NCBI GenBank assembly: GCA_031554275.1
Contig: JAVBKB010000023.1
Location: 1 to 53,279 of the forward strand
Source: Bacillales bacterium
Lineage (GTDB): Bacteria > Bacillota > Bacilli > JARBTR01
Length of the DNA stretch: 53,279 bases
Direction: 5' to 3'
Part shown: positions 1-10,733 of the stretch, piece after piece
How the letters are laid out: each line of letters begins with the position of its first letter
How positions within the stretch are numbered: position 1 is the first letter of the stretch
Translations under genes and position numbers: made by a program
Notes under the pieces: model-generated
The model's database searches: none
What the model was told of the DNA's origin: nothing
What the model saw: the letters and a program-made list of their open reading frames with translations, nothing else

Positions 1-267
1 TTACACCTGCCAAGGCCAAGGTCCTTCATTCCAGTTCCATTTTTGTGCGGTTGCACTTTGCGTGAATTGCTGTAATGGCCCGAATTTCTGCTCAAATTGT
101 GATCTGACTTGATTTTTGTACTCTGCATATTGATGGAATTGATTCTTAGCATCCACGTCACGAGGATGTGTGTCTAGGTACAAGGTTAATTCGAGTAGGA
201 GGAAATCGACGGCTTGCAGTTCCTCAAGTATTTGATAATATTCTGCACTAGGCTGTTGCTCAGCCAT
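1..267 (-). CDS. cotJB: Spore coat protein CotJB
   Basis: LEELQAVDFLLLELTLYLDTHP...GPL...W.WNEGPWPWQV signature. Start moved to ATG 267 (MAEQQ), which follows the RBS AAGGGGTG. Lies directly downstream of cotJA. Confidence 0.92.
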   Translation of the reverse strand: MAEQQPSAEYYQILEELQAVDFLLLELTLYLDTHPRDVDAKNQFHQYAEYKNQVRSQFEQKFGPLQQFTQSATAQKWNWNEGPWPWQV

Positions 268-271
268 ATTT

Positions 272-502
272 TCACCCCTTGCTTTTGTATGGATTTTCAT
301 AGCTGTCATACAGGGCTGGCCACAGTGTTCCCTTTTTGATGGCATCTCTAAAGTAGAACTGTGCTAAATTACGGGGTTGCACACCTAAATACAACTGCGG
401 CGGGGTGGAATAGTATTTCAATCCAATAGGTGGACATGGATCGAAAGGGCCATGAAACGGTGCATATGACTTTGTTTTTGTGAATTGTATTTGCTGGTTC
501 AT
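272..502 (-). CDS. cotJA: Spore coat-associated protein CotJA
   Basis: PFDPCPPIG.KYYSTPPQLY...A.KKGTLWPALY motif; GGAGGAG RBS upstream; adjacent to cotJB. Confidence 0.92.
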   Translation of the reverse strand: MNQQIQFTKTKSYAPFHGPFDPCPPIGLKYYSTPPQLYLGVQPRNLAQFYFRDAIKKGTLWPALYDSYENPYKSKG

Positions 503-538
503 GCATAATCACTCCTCCATGATGCGATAGCTCCTTTC

Positions 539-569
539 AATTTATTCTTCACTTCTTGTACAAAATGAC
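539..569 (-). promoter_or_regulatory. Putative sigma-E promoter of cotJ operon
   Basis: Minus strand reads gTCATTTT-gtacaagaagtgaag-AATAAATT, resembling sigma-E -35/-10 boxes. cotJ is sigma-E dependent in B. subtilis. Confidence 0.5.
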
Positions 570-751
570 ACAAAACGATTGATCAAGACCGATCACTGAT
601 TGTCTAAATTGCATTTTTACAAAAGTTAGATAGAAAATTATTCTCGATTTTTGACGAGTAATCAAGCTTACTGTATAGAGTACTATAGATGCAATTCTAT
701 CATTCTGTTATCATTAGGTTTAAAGAATATGATAATGGAGTGTTAAAAAAA

Positions 752-3055
752 ATGAGTAATCGACCATTTGGTAGAAAGAAATATGTTTCAGGAGAAAGTG
801 ATGAAGTTAATAGACGAGGTGACGGCTTGGATCTTGGCGGTCCTTTAGGTCAAGACAACAGTCATTCAGATAGTTCGGGTGACAATTCATCTAGCAAAAA
901 ACAGTCTGGTGGTCCATTACGTACTGCTGGAAAATCATCTCCTATCCTTCTCATTATAGTAGCGGTCGTCTTTATGTTTTTAAACAAAAACGGAGGCACA
1001 CCAAGTGACATTCCTACTTTTGGGAACTCGAATAACAATAATAGTAACGCAATTATCAATGTTGGAGAATTAGATCGTTCTGTATCCGACAAAGCACGCC
1101 CAAAGCAGGGTGTTTCAAACAATGCTGACAGCGCAACAATCATGATTTATATGTGCGGAAGTGATTTAGAATCTCGAGCCGGCGCGGCAACTGCTGACTT
1201 ACAGGAAATGATGAAAGCTCAAATAGCTGATAATGTGAACATTCTCATAGAAACTGGCGGCTCGCCTGAATGGAAAAACAATATTGTCAGTGGCGAAACC
1301 AATCAGATCTACAAACTTACTACAAACGGCATGGAATTGGTTAAAGACGATTTGGGCTCTCGATCAATGGTTGAGCCAGAAACACTATCTGATTTTATCC
1401 GCTTTTGCAAAAGTAGTTACCCTGCCGATCGATATCAGCTGATCTTCTGGGATCACGGTGGTGGATCTATTGGCGGTTTTGGCTATGATATGAACCACCC
1501 TGGTAGTTCGATGACACTTGACAAAATCGATACTGCTTTGAAAAATGGCGGCTGTTACTTTGATTATATTGGTTTTGATGCCTGTTTGATGGCTACTCTT
1601 GAAACAGCAATAACAATGGAGAAATATGCCGATTATCTTATTGCCTCGGAAGAAACAGAACCGGGTGGCGGCTGGTATTACACAAATTGGATCACTAAGC
1701 TTTCACAGAATACATCCATTGACACATTGGATCTCGGCAAAGCCATTATCGATGATTTCATAAACTATACTCCACAAGGCTCAACAACGTTATCGCTTAT
1801 TGACCTTGCTGAGCTCGATGGTACGATTCCTGAAACATTTAAATCATTTTCCAATTCCACAGCAACACTTATAAAGTCAGACAACTTTAAGTTGGTTTCC
1901 GATGCTCGCAATGAAGTTCGAGAATTCGGACGTGCATCCGCTACGGATAGTATTGATATCATTCAGTTTGCAGAGAAAATAAACACTCCTGAAAGTAAAG
2001 CATTCTCTAAAGCGCTGCAGGGTTGTGTGAAATACAACCTAACAGATGACGGAATGAAGGATTGTGGTGGTATCTCAGTCTATTTTCCTTCTCAAGACTT
2101 AAATAAAGTAGATACTGCCTTGAAAACTTTTACGCGACTTAATTTAGATGAAAAATACAGTGAATGTATCAAAAACTACAGCAATTTAGAGGTCGGTGGA
2201 CAAATTGCTTCGGGACAAGGTACGCTACTGGATACGCTCTTCGGCTCCCTTTTGGCAAATGCTGGCGGCAGTTCCTCAACAAGTAACTCGAAACCAGATG
2301 TCGGAAGTTTGATCCAAAGTGCGCTAAGCGGTGGCATGGGCAATATTTTTGGCGGTAAAGCAGTTCCAACATGGGTAGACAAAAACCTTATCCTTGATTC
2401 GAGCGATTATCTAAAGGAGAACAGCTTCGACTCAACTCAGCTTATTTTTACTAAAAAGAGCGGGCATGAAATCATTAAATTATCCCAGTCGCAATGGGAT
2501 CTAGTTCAGGATCTCGAACTAAATGTCTTTGTTGATGATGGTAAGGGCTACATTGATCTAGGACTTGATAATACCTTTAGCTTTGATGACGACGGCGATT
2601 TGGAAGCGGACTACGACAAAACTTGGTTGGCAATCAATGGCCAGGTAGTTAGCTATTACTTCCTTTCGAAAGAGGGTACTGAAGAAAACTATGTGATTAA
2701 GGGGCGCGTCCCTGCAATGCTAAATGGCGGTCTTGTAGATTTGATCTTGGAGTTTACAGATGAAAATCCTAAGGGAACGGTCTTGGGAGCTCGGATCAAC
2801 TACAATGGCGTTACAGAAAACGAGGCTAAAGGCTTGCTCACGATTAAAGCAGGAGACAAAATCGACTTTCTCTGTGATTACTACACGTATGGCAAGCAAC
2901 TTCAAAACAACTACTATTTAGGCGAACAATTGATTGTGAATGGACCCTTAGCCATCAGCAATGTTAATATTGGCAGCAAAAAATATATTGCCGCTTATCG
3001 TTTTACCGATATTTATCAAAATAAATACTGGACACCGAGTATTAAAGGTCAATAA
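752..3055 (+). CDS. Membrane-anchored clostripain-family (C11) cysteine peptidase
   Basis: MIYMCGSDLES, FWDHGGG (catalytic His) and IGFDACLM (catalytic Cys) motifs; one N-terminal TM helix (ILLIIVAVVFMFL). Start set at ATG 752 after GGAG. Confidence 0.88.
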   Translation: MSNRPFGRKKYVSGESDEVNRRGDGLDLGGPLGQDNSHSDSSGDNSSSKKQSGGPLRTAGKSSPILLIIVAVVFMFLNKNGGTPSDIPTFGNSNNNNSNAIINVGELDRSVSDKARPKQGVSNNADSATIMIYMCGSDLESRAGAATADLQEMMKAQIADNVNILIETGGSPEWKNNIVSGETNQIYKLTTNGMELVKDDLGSRSMVEPETLSDFIRFCKSSYPADRYQLIFWDHGGGSIGGFGYDMNHPGSSMTLDKIDTALKNGGCYFDYIGFDACLMATLETAITMEKYADYLIASEETEPGGGWYYTNWITKLSQNTSIDTLDLGKAIIDDFINYTPQGSTTLSLIDLAELDGTIPETFKSFSNSTATLIKSDNFKLVSDARNEVREFGRASATDSIDIIQFAEKINTPESKAFSKALQGCVKYNLTDDGMKDCGGISVYFPSQDLNKVDTALKTFTRLNLDEKYSECIKNYSNLEVGGQIASGQGTLLDTLFGSLLANAGGSSSTSNSKPDVGSLIQSALSGGMGNIFGGKAVPTWVDKNLILDSSDYLKENSFDSTQLIFTKKSGHEIIKLSQSQWDLVQDLELNVFVDDGKGYIDLGLDNTFSFDDDGDLEADYDKTWLAINGQVVSYYFLSKEGTEENYVIKGRVPAMLNGGLVDLILEFTDENPKGTVLGARINYNGVTENEAKGLLTIKAGDKIDFLCDYYTYGKQLQNNYYLGEQLIVNGPLAISNVNIGSKKYIAAYRFTDIYQNKYWTPSIKGQ

Positions 3056-3119
3056 TCGTACACCGGTGAAAAACTATTCTAGATCGCTATATTTCTGAGA
3101 GGCCATGAGTAGTCTAGTG

Positions 3120-3147
3120 AAAAGCTGTCCCTTGGGATGGCTTTTTT
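3120..3147 (+). terminator. Rho-independent terminator after C11 peptidase
   Basis: AAAAGCTGTCCC-tt-GGGATGGCTTTTTT hairpin with U tract. Confidence 0.7.
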
Positions 3148-3476
3148 CTATGAGTTCCTTTGGCTTTCTATCCAAGAAATCGATACTTAATTTTCGTATT
3201 GGCGGGTTGCCAATTATGGTAGAATGAGTATACAACTCTGTGCAAAGGCAGTTACAACATTTAATGAATTTATTTGGATGGTGAAAAACGAGAAGACCTT
3301 TCGAGTTTCAGCCCAGTATTTAATCCTGTAATTATAAGAGCCAGACGTTCTATCCGTCACTTAGTGTGGTTGTTTGGAAATCAGAGATTTGCTACTGACT
3401 ATGAATTAAATCTTCGCCATTGATATATCAATTTTGAATCACAGCAGTTTATTGAATGATCGGAAAGTGGGTAGTC

Positions 3477-3851
3477 ATGAAGAAATCTGAAAAACTAGTT
3501 AGAATTATTTATTACTCTGGTTCGCTATTTTTTGCGCTTACAATATTTCTACTTATAGGTGTGTTTGTAGATATTAGTTTTCCCTTCTCGTCATTTATAA
3601 TTATTTTATATTTGCTTGTTCTTGCAATATTTTTCTCAGCGGCCATATTGTTGTTGATAAGAAGATTTTTAAAATTGAACTCAAGAGAACGATGGAGAAG
3701 TGTTCGAAAGTTTGGTATCACTTTTGTTTTCCTAACCGGTTTGAGTCTTCTATTTACGATAATAATGCAACAAGATTTAAATATTTTTACTCTTTTGGGC
3801 GTAAGTACGGGTTTCTCGGCCACATTAGCTATTTTTGGTTCTGAGAGTTAG
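3477..3851 (+). CDS. Small 4-TM membrane protein of unknown function
   Basis: Four hydrophobic segments separated by a basic loop; start ATG 3477 (MKKSEK) or 3456. Confidence 0.7.
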   Translation: MKKSEKLVRIIYYSGSLFFALTIFLLIGVFVDISFPFSSFIIILYLLVLAIFFSAAILLLIRRFLKLNSRERWRSVRKFGITFVFLTGLSLLFTIIMQQDLNIFTLLGVSTGFSATLAIFGSES

Positions 3852-3972
3852 GTATTCTAATTGCTTCATTACAACAGCGACTTGATGAATGTGAATTCAG
3901 CACGGTTTGTCTGATCATAGCTCAGCAACAAACTACGGCAATTCTCGTTTTTTTCCGATCGAGATGAAAAAT

Positions 3973-4016
3973 ACTGGTTGACAGAAAATTCGCTTCGGCA
4001 TTTTCTGTCAACCAGT
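3973..4016. terminator. Perfect 17-bp inverted repeat between convergent genes (likely bidirectional terminator)
   Basis: ACTGGTTGACAGAAAAT / ATTTTCTGTCAACCAGT with a 10-nt loop. Confidence 0.7.
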
Positions 4017-4051
4017 GGCTAATGGCTTCATTCAATATGTAATTTAAGTAA

Positions 4052-4660
4052 TTAATCAAAAATCTTTTTGAAAATCTTCGTTACCAGAAACTCTGACTTC
4101 TGACCTTTTTTCTCCTTGCTTGACTTTTTTTCATCGGAAGTCGACTTCTCATTTTTATCAACTGCTGTGTTGCTATTGAAGTCTAAGAAACACAACGGTG
4201 GATAAAGTACACACCACCAATTATCTCCTGCCGCTTCCCCAATTGAGACAACAACCGCTTCATAGGTTCCTGCTGGGTAGAGATAGTCACCATACATTTT
4301 GGTCGGAAATTCTGCTGGTCCAAGTGTTACTTGAACATTTTGGTCAATCTTAGCATTCGCCAACTCCTGCTTTGCAATGGCGTCAATCTCTTGCAGATGG
4401 CTCTCGATCACTTGGTGTGATGCTCCGTAGGAATCTAAATCCTGCACCCACCCATCAATACTTGCTTTCACCTTGTCACGGATAACGCGTTTAATCTCCT
4501 GGTCATCATCCAAATTGCTGTTCGCAAGTATTCGCAAGCGAATCGCTTCTGATGGAATCACTTTCTTATTGTTCACTGTTGCTGAAGTTGTTGATACAAA
4601 GCTGAATAAAGTGCTAAATCCTAATGCTAAGATATACATAACTGCTAGATATTTTTTCAT
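4052..4660 (-). CDS. spoIIR: Stage II sporulation protein R
   Basis: Signal peptide, AIRLRILANS, FPTKMYG..LYPAG.YEA and G.NWWCVLYPPLCF motifs; downstream of prmC as in Bacillus. Confidence 0.95.
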   Translation of the reverse strand: MKKYLAVMYILALGFSTLFSFVSTTSATVNNKKVIPSEAIRLRILANSNLDDDQEIKRVIRDKVKASIDGWVQDLDSYGASHQVIESHLQEIDAIAKQELANAKIDQNVQVTLGPAEFPTKMYGDYLYPAGTYEAVVVSIGEAAGDNWWCVLYPPLCFLDFNSNTAVDKNEKSTSDEKKSSKEKKGQKSEFLVTKIFKKIFD

Positions 4661-4680
4661 TTGAGCTCCCCCTCTGACCA

Positions 4681-4710
4681 CATTATGGACAAGCGGAAAG
4701 GAAGCTAAAC
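4681..4710 (-). promoter_or_regulatory. Sigma-F promoter of spoIIR
   Basis: GTTTA-N15-GTCCATAATG on the minus strand matches sigma-F architecture; spoIIR is sigma-F dependent. Confidence 0.75.
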
Positions 4711-4835
4711 ACTTATTTGATAATAAAAAAGAGCTTCAAGAGAATAACGACTGGCCAATATGTGAAATCCTATAGAAACAGCCTTATCCTCCTTTGAGTC
4801 GGTGATTCACTTGGTGCTCTGCCAAATATTCTCTA

Positions 4836-5726
4836 CTACCCATTCACGCTCGCAAACACCATTCGCTCTCTCCCATTAATATCATTTACTATCTCAACTT
4901 TACTGCCAATCAGAGCTTGTTGCAGCATTCCTGCCACTGCCTCCCCTTGCCCACTACCAATTTCTAATCCTACGACAGCTTCAGAAGACAAAACCTGTGG
5001 GAGCATCGGGATCATTTCTCGATACAGGTCTAACCCATCCTCACCACCAAACAACGCTAGCTCCGGATCATAATTCCGGACAACATCCTGTAGCGATTCC
5101 CGATCACCAAGCGGAATATAAGGTGGATTCGACAAAAGGACATCTACTTTCATGCCTGAAGCTATTAGTGGTTCAACCAAGTTTCCTTGCAGGAATTGTA
5201 CTTTATTTGCACCAAGGTTTAGTGCATTTTCTCTGGCAACCTGAATCGCTGCAGGTGAAATATCAACTGCAATCACCTTTACGCTCGGTAGTTCCAACTG
5301 CATTGTGATTGCAATGCAACCGCTACCAGCTCCAATATCGGCAATTGTTAGCGCTTCTGCTGTACTAAGCACTTTCGCTCTTTCAAGCATCTGGCAAACC
5401 AATTCCTCTGTTTCTGGACGCGGGATTAGCACATGCTCATTAACGACAAATTTTCTACCAAAAAACATTTCGTACCCAATAATATGCTGAATCGGCACGC
5501 CACTCAACGCATGCTCATTGATGCCACTGAAATAGACCTCAAGTATCGCTTGAGGCAATTTCATTTGCAAATCAGACAACAATTTCGCCCGAGAACACTC
5601 CAGATGATGCATCAACAATAGCGCTGCTACGTTCTCTTCTCGCTGATTTTTATGTAAAATTTCCTTAGCCTTGCTGAGTGCTTCGTGAATCGTAATCTCC
5701 ACTAAACCATGTTTTAAATTTTCCAA
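4836..5726 (-). CDS. prmC: Release factor glutamine methyltransferase PrmC/HemK
   Basis: VLIPRPETEELV, DIGAGSG and SNPPY motifs. Confidence 0.95.
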   Translation of the reverse strand: MENLKHGLVEITIHEALSKAKEILHKNQREENVAALLLMHHLECSRAKLLSDLQMKLPQAILEVYFSGINEHALSGVPIQHIIGYEMFFGRKFVVNEHVLIPRPETEELVCQMLERAKVLSTAEALTIADIGAGSGCIAITMQLELPSVKVIAVDISPAAIQVARENALNLGANKVQFLQGNLVEPLIASGMKVDVLLSNPPYIPLGDRESLQDVVRNYDPELALFGGEDGLDLYREMIPMLPQVLSSEAVVGLEIGSGQGEAVAGMLQQALIGSKVEIVNDINGRERMVFASVNG

Positions 5727-5748
5727 CTTTAAACCCCTAGATAATTAG

Positions 5749-5776
5749 AAAACAGCCTACTTATGATAGACTGTTT
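5749..5776 (-). terminator. Putative terminator after lipoprotein gene
   Basis: Minus strand AAACAGTCTA-tcataag-TAGGCTGTTTT hairpin with one G-U pair. Confidence 0.5.
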
Positions 5777-5801
5777 ATCATTTTTCGTTATTTTATCATA
5801 C

Positions 5802-6890
5802 TTACTCTAATCTCAATACATATAGTTCTTTATCGGGTCTATACATGTAGAGCAGGTCATTTGCTACAAACTGGGCTGAATACTGATCTTCTTCTTTAAT
5901 CTCTATTTTTTTCAGTTGTTCACCCGTTCCAACAGAATATACGTAGACAGTAACTATGTGCGAACCTTCTACACGTGTCAAAATGACAAACTTCTTCGCA
6001 TCAGGTGACATTGAATAACCGCACATTTGCTCTAGCAATGAATCAGGCACACTTGTAAGCAATTTTGTTGTTTTTGATGCCGGATCTCCTGAAGTATTAG
6101 AAAGAATATGGCTGATATCTGTTTTCGATAAGTTGAAATCGCCGGTATACTCTCCGTACAATGCATCGCCAATGCTATACACAAAATTATCTTTTACTGC
6201 CAGCGGATTTTTACTAGCACCCTTCATTGGATAGTTCTTCATTGTTTGTATATCAAAGATACCCCAGAAATCTGTCCATTCATATCCATATTCGATATAG
6301 ATAAATTGTGTATCGCTAATGGCTTTGTAGAATTCATTACTTGTAGCATCTTCACCGTTAGTGCGTTTCCCTTTGATGATTAGCTTCTCGACTTTAGACT
6401 TTTGATTCAATAAATACAAGCTTCCGTCTCTTTCAACAATGTAGTTATCACCCGACAAAAGCGATTTCCGAGTACCATCTTTGTTACTCAGGATTTTGTC
6501 AACCCAGTCCTTGTACCCTTTGTTCTTTTGTTGTTTCAAATCGATTTTGGTAATAACATTTGGTTTGATCGTTTTGTCATCGATATAATCTTTCTTTTCT
6601 ACTGGTTGCTTAGGTTCTGCTTTCACAGGCTCGACAGGTGTTTCTTTCTTTGGTACCTCTTCCTTTGGTGTTTCTTCTTTTGGTGTTTCTTCTTTTGGTA
6701 CTTCTTCTTTTGGTACTTCTCCCTTTGTCTGTTCCTCAGGTAGTTGCTGCTCTAGTACTACTTCCTTTGATTGTTCTTCGGTTTTTGTTTCTTCACTTGC
6801 TGTTTTCGTTGCCTCTTCTTTTTCCCCACAGCCAGCAAGTGAAATAACTAGCCCAATTGAAAGCACTATTAGTAACCACTTCTTCTTCAT
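5802..6890 (-). CDS. Lipoprotein with Pro/Glu/Lys-rich linker and probable beta-propeller C-terminal domain
   Basis: MKKK-hydrophobic-SLAG|C lipobox; PKEE(V/T) repeats; beta-rich repeats such as YSMSPDAKKFVIL and VYVYSVGTGEQLKKI; GAGGGGGAGG RBS. Confidence 0.8.
   Translation of the reverse strand: MKKKWLLIVLSIGLVISLAGCGEKEEATKTASEETKTEEQSKEVVLEQQLPEEQTKGEVPKEEVPKEETPKEETPKEEVPKKETPVEPVKAEPKQPVEKKDYIDDKTIKPNVITKIDLKQQKNKGYKDWVDKILSNKDGTRKSLLSGDNYIVERDGSLYLLNQKSKVEKLIIKGKRTNGEDATSNEFYKAISDTQFIYIEYGYEWTDFWGIFDIQTMKNYPMKGASKNPLAVKDNFVYSIGDALYGEYTGDFNLSKTDISHILSNTSGDPASKTTKLLTSVPDSLLEQMCGYSMSPDAKKFVILTRVEGSHIVTVYVYSVGTGEQLKKIEIKEEDQYSAQFVANDLLYMYRPDKELYVLRLE
6639..6713 (-). repeat. Five 15-bp tandem repeats encoding PK(E/K)E(V/T)
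   Basis: Visible TTCTTCTTTTGGT(A/G) periodicity on the + strand. Confidence 0.85.
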
Positions 6891-7007
6891 AACTAATTCC
6901 TCCCCCTCAAAAAGTTCTTTGTATGTAATGTATTTGTAACATTACTGTAACACAGAAGAAATCTGAGTCAATAGTTTTTTAGGAAATATTTTTAAAATGA
7001 CAGCAAT

Positions 7008-7055
7008 AAAAAACGCCTCCAAACTTTAGACTGATCATCTAATTTGTTTGGGGCG
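7008..7055 (-). terminator. Terminator after prfA
   Basis: CGCC(T)CCAAAC...GTTTGGGGCG stem with an A6 run on + (U tract on minus). Confidence 0.6.
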
Positions 7056-7069
7056 CTCTTTATCTTCTG

Positions 7070-8137
7070 TTAGGCTTCTTTATTTAATTTAGTTGCCTGA
7101 TCATCTAGTGTCAGTGCATCAATAATCTCATCCAGTTTTCCTTCCAAAATAATATCTAGTTTCTGCAAAGTTAGACCGATTCGATGGTCTGTTACACGGT
7201 TTTGCGGATAATTGTAGGTGCGGATGCGTTCTGAGCGATCGCCTGTGCCAACCGCTGATTTCCGGGTCTTATCGTATTCGTCTTGCGCCTCTCGTTGTTT
7301 GACCTCATAAATCCGGGCGCGTAATACCTTCAGTGCTTTATCTTTGTTCTTGATTTGCGATTTCTCATCTTGACAGGTAGCAACAATACCAGTTGGCAGA
7401 TGCGTTACACGAACTGCTGATGCTGTGGTATTGACAGACTGACCGCCTGCTCCTGAAGAGCAGAAAGTATCAACACGAATGTCTTTATCATGAATCTCAA
7501 TTTCAAAATCCTCGGCTTCGGGCAAACAAGCTACTGTGGCGGTAGATGTGTGAATACGTCCACTTGATTCCGTCTCAGGCACCCGTTGCACACGATGTGC
7601 ACCATTCTCAAATTTCAATTTGGAGTAAGCGCCGCTTCCACTAATCATGAAGACGATCTCTTTGAATCCACCTAAACCAGTTGCGTTTGTATCCATTACC
7701 TCTGTGCGCCAACCCTTTGCCTCTGCATAGCGGCTGTACATTCTGTAAAGATTTCCAGCAAATATCGCTGCTTCATCGCCACCTGCAGCACCTCGAATCT
7801 CCATGATAACGTTTTTGTCATCGTTCGGATCCTTTGGCACAAGCAATAAACGAATTTTCTCCTCAAGTGAGCTCAGCTGGTCGCCAAGTTCATCAAACTC
7901 TTCCTTCACCATTTCTCGCATTTCAGGATCGAGACTCTCTCCTAGCATCGCCTTTGCTTCCTGATGCTGCTGACGAGCAGACTTATACTCCCGATAAGTC
8001 GCTACCGTCTCTTGAATACCAGCTTGCTCCTTGGAGTACTCCATCAACTTCTTGGCATCATTCACGATATCTGGATCACTTAATAACTCATTCAATCGAT
8101 CAAAACGATCCTCAACTGCTTGTAATTTATCAATCAT
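7070..8137 (-). CDS. prfA: Peptide chain release factor 1
   Basis: [10 protein letters not shown] (PxT motif of RF1), GAGGQSVNT and [21 protein letters not shown] motifs. Confidence 0.98.
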   Translation of the reverse strand: MIDKLQAVEDRFDRLNELLSDPDIVNDAKKLMEYSKEQAGIQETVATYREYKSARQQHQEAKAMLGESLDPEMREMVKEEFDELGDQLSSLEEKIRLLLVPKDPNDDKNVIMEIRGAAGGDEAAIFAGNLYRMYSRYAEAKGWRTEVMDTNATGLGGFKEIVFMISGSGAYSKLKFENGAHRVQRVPETESSGRIHTSTATVACLPEAEDFEIEIHDKDIRVDTFCSSGAGGQSVNTTASAVRVTHLPTGIVATCQDEKSQIKNKDKALKVLRARIYEVKQREAQDEYDKTRKSAVGTGDRSERIRTYNYPQNRVTDHRIGLTLQKLDIILEGKLDEIIDALTLDDQATKLNKEA

Positions 8138-8468
8138 TACTATCCCTCTAATACTGTCTCATTCTGTATGTTTAATTATTATAAAAGCGTTTCGGTAAAT
8201 CAACTAATCTGATTGTCACAACCAAGTGACCAAACTTCATTATATAGAAGTTATCTCCGAAAAAAAAGCTTTGATTCTGTTAATGTGAAAAAAATGTGCT
8301 TTTTCCTCATTTATTGCTCTCACAAAAGCTCATTTATTGCTCTGAAATGGGCTTTTTCTTCACATTTATGCTTTCCCCTTATATTTTATCCTCGCATTTG
8401 TTCATTTTCCTTAAATTGATTTGTAAATGGGGTAGAATTTTTGATGATGCACTTTATTGTGCTATTTG

Positions 8469-8523
8469 AAAAGGCTATCCAAAGGAAATCTTGAGAAAAC
8501 GACTTCTTTTGCGACAGCCTTTT
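8469..8523 (-). terminator. Putative terminator after lutC
   Basis: AAAAGGCT...AGCCTTTT imperfect long hairpin. Confidence 0.45.
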
Positions 8524-8536
8524 GTATGTCTACTTC

Positions 8537-8570
8537 TTATATCCATAATAATTTTATATCCATAATAATT
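8537..8570. repeat. 17-bp tandem duplication TTATATCCATAATAATT x2
   Basis: Exact adjacent direct repeat just downstream of the lutC stop. Confidence 0.8.
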
Positions 8571-8585
8571 TAGAAATCCAACAAC

Positions 8586-9281
8586 TTATTTATCTTCCAC
8601 AACAATATACGCTGACCGAACTGGTCCGTGCACACCAACAACTTTATTTAGCTCGATATCTGCTGAGTTGCTAGGTCCACAAATGAAGTTTATACATGAT
8701 GGTACTAATTTCCCTGCGGAAATTTGATCATGGATGATCTTCGTGGCTTGCGTCATTCTAGGAACGATCGTGCTTTTTGGGACGATTACAATATAATTTT
8801 CTGGTAGGAAACTGAATGTTCGCCCGTGTTTGGCGTTGTGATAATGCACAACTGCTGCCGTTTCTGCCATTGTGATATCACTAAACGCAACAGCGTTTAG
8901 CGCTTTATCGGCAACAGAAATATTTTGCTTTCCTTTTGAAACATCCCATTTGTAAGCATCTTTGAGTACTTCCGTTAGTCCAAACTGTTCATAACGTTCG
9001 TCATCCCAGATGATTGTTTGACCTTCCCCAAACTCCGCAAGCTTCTCTTTCAATACTTGCGGTAATAAAGTGGCAGTGGTCACTGTGACACCTGTTAAAT
9101 TTCGCTCTGCTTGTTTCTGTAATTCCATCACTAATTCATCTTGCGATAAGTCCTTGAACACGTCAAGCTGCGGTGCATTTTGATAGGCTGGGCGCTCTAG
9201 CGATGCTGGCATTTCACGGCCTAGAATATTTGAAAGCTTTTGGATAAATTGATCCTGATGAACTACTTTAGCTTCGGTCAT
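8586..9281 (-). CDS. lutC: Lactate utilization protein C
   Basis: LUD domain; [22 protein letters not shown] motif; third gene of lutABC. Confidence 0.93.
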   Translation of the reverse strand: MTEAKVVHQDQFIQKLSNILGREMPASLERPAYQNAPQLDVFKDLSQDELVMELQKQAERNLTGVTVTTATLLPQVLKEKLAEFGEGQTIIWDDERYEQFGLTEVLKDAYKWDVSKGKQNISVADKALNAVAFSDITMAETAAVVHYHNAKHGRTFSFLPENYIVIVPKSTIVPRMTQATKIIHDQISAGKLVPSCINFICGPSNSADIELNKVVGVHGPVRSAYIVVEDK

Positions 9282-10705
9282 TCCATCTCCTCCTTCAATT
9301 TATTTTTAAACCAATCCCGAAATCTTTCATTTTCAAATGCTGGTAGATCTCGGCTCCCTGTCCACTTCGAGAGCACACCCACTCCTCGTTTTATCTTACC
9401 TTGAACCACGAAAGGACTTGTTACGAATGGGGCAATCTTTGTGCCCATTTTGTAGAGCAACGGTTTAGAGGTACCCATTGCAAAAGCCTTCATTGCCATT
9501 TTTTCTAGGAATGGTGATTTGTGTTCTCCTTCCACAAAAATTTGACGGTGTCTGTGAATGAGGTTATGCAACGGAATCTTCACTGGACATACATCGGTAC
9601 AAGCACCACACAATGAACATGCATAGGGTAATTCGTTGAAATCCTCATATCCACCTAATAGTGGTGAAAGAATACTGCCGACGGGTCCTGAATAAATTGA
9701 TCCATACGTATGTCCGCCAATATGGCGATACACTGGGCAAATATTCAGACAAGCGGCACATCGGATACATTGAAGAACTGGTTTGAATTCAGAATTCAAC
9801 ATTTTTGATCTTCCATTATCCACAATGACTACATGAAACTCTTTTGGTCCATCGACTGCATGTTCTTCTGTAACACCTGTTAAGAAGGTAACATAGCTTG
9901 TCATTTTCGTACCAACTGCACTTCTAGTCAGCATGCTAACTAGAATATCCACTTCCTCAAATGTAGGAACAATCCGCTCCATCCCCATGACAACGATTTG
10001 TGTCTTTGGTGCTGACATCACTAAATCTGCATTCCCCTCATTTGTCACGAGAGTTATGCTTCCTGACTCGGCAATAGCAAAGTTGCATCCACAGATACCC
10101 ATATCTGCATCTAGATACTCGTTTCGCAGTGTTTGGCGTGCAAATTGCGCTAATTCTTCGGGTGTCTCGGAAAGTTCATATCCAAGCTTTTCTTTAAACA
10201 CATCTCTGATCTGCTCTTTGTTCATATGAAGGGATGGCACAACCATATGCGAAGGTGGTTCTGAGTCATCAGTTTGTAGAATGAACTCCGCTAAGTCTGT
10301 TTCAACCACTTTCACATCAATTTCCTCTAGCGCCTGATTGACGCCGATTTCCTCAGTTACCATGGACTTGGCTTTAACAACTTTGCGTGTATTTGTGCTC
10401 TTTGCAACCTGTTGAATGTAGTCAGTTGCCTCAGCTGCAGTTTCTGCAAAAAATACATTTCCACCTCTTTTCACAACGTTTTCCGCAAATTGTGTAAGAT
10501 AGTAGTCCAAATTATCTAGTACATGCTGACGCATTTCTTCTGATAATCCACGCCATTCCTCGAAATGTCCTAACTCATCAAACATGAGCTGACGATTCGT
10601 ATTAATCCTATCTTGTGCTTTCACCATCGCTGATTGCATAAAGTCATCTTTAAGACTGGTTTCTAATCGCTCTTTGAAGCTTTTCTTTGCAAATTTAATC
10701 GACAT
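9278..10705 (-). CDS. lutB: Lactate utilization protein B (Fe-S)
   Basis: [27 protein letters not shown] and [12 protein letters not shown] motifs. Confidence 0.95.
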   Translation of the reverse strand: MSIKFAKKSFKERLETSLKDDFMQSAMVKAQDRINTNRQLMFDELGHFEEWRGLSEEMRQHVLDNLDYYLTQFAENVVKRGGNVFFAETAAEATDYIQQVAKSTNTRKVVKAKSMVTEEIGVNQALEEIDVKVVETDLAEFILQTDDSEPPSHMVVPSLHMNKEQIRDVFKEKLGYELSETPEELAQFARQTLRNEYLDADMGICGCNFAIAESGSITLVTNEGNADLVMSAPKTQIVVMGMERIVPTFEEVDILVSMLTRSAVGTKMTSYVTFLTGVTEEHAVDGPKEFHVVIVDNGRSKMLNSEFKPVLQCIRCAACLNICPVYRHIGGHTYGSIYSGPVGSILSPLLGGYEDFNELPYACSLCGACTDVCPVKIPLHNLIHRHRQIFVEGEHKSPFLEKMAMKAFAMGTSKPLLYKMGTKIAPFVTSPFVVQGKIKRGVGVLSKWTGSRDLPAFENERFRDWFKNKLKEEME

Positions 10706-10733
10706 CCTCAACCCTCCGATTGTACTTTCAATT

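Noticed and set aside
3150-3455. Possible pseudogene remnant between the C11 peptidase and the membrane protein
   Set aside because: Only short open stretches with no recognisable motif.
6528-6847. Hydrophobic antisense ORFs rich in Phe/Trp/Leu
   Set aside because: They are the reverse complement of the Glu/Lys-rich lipoprotein repeats.
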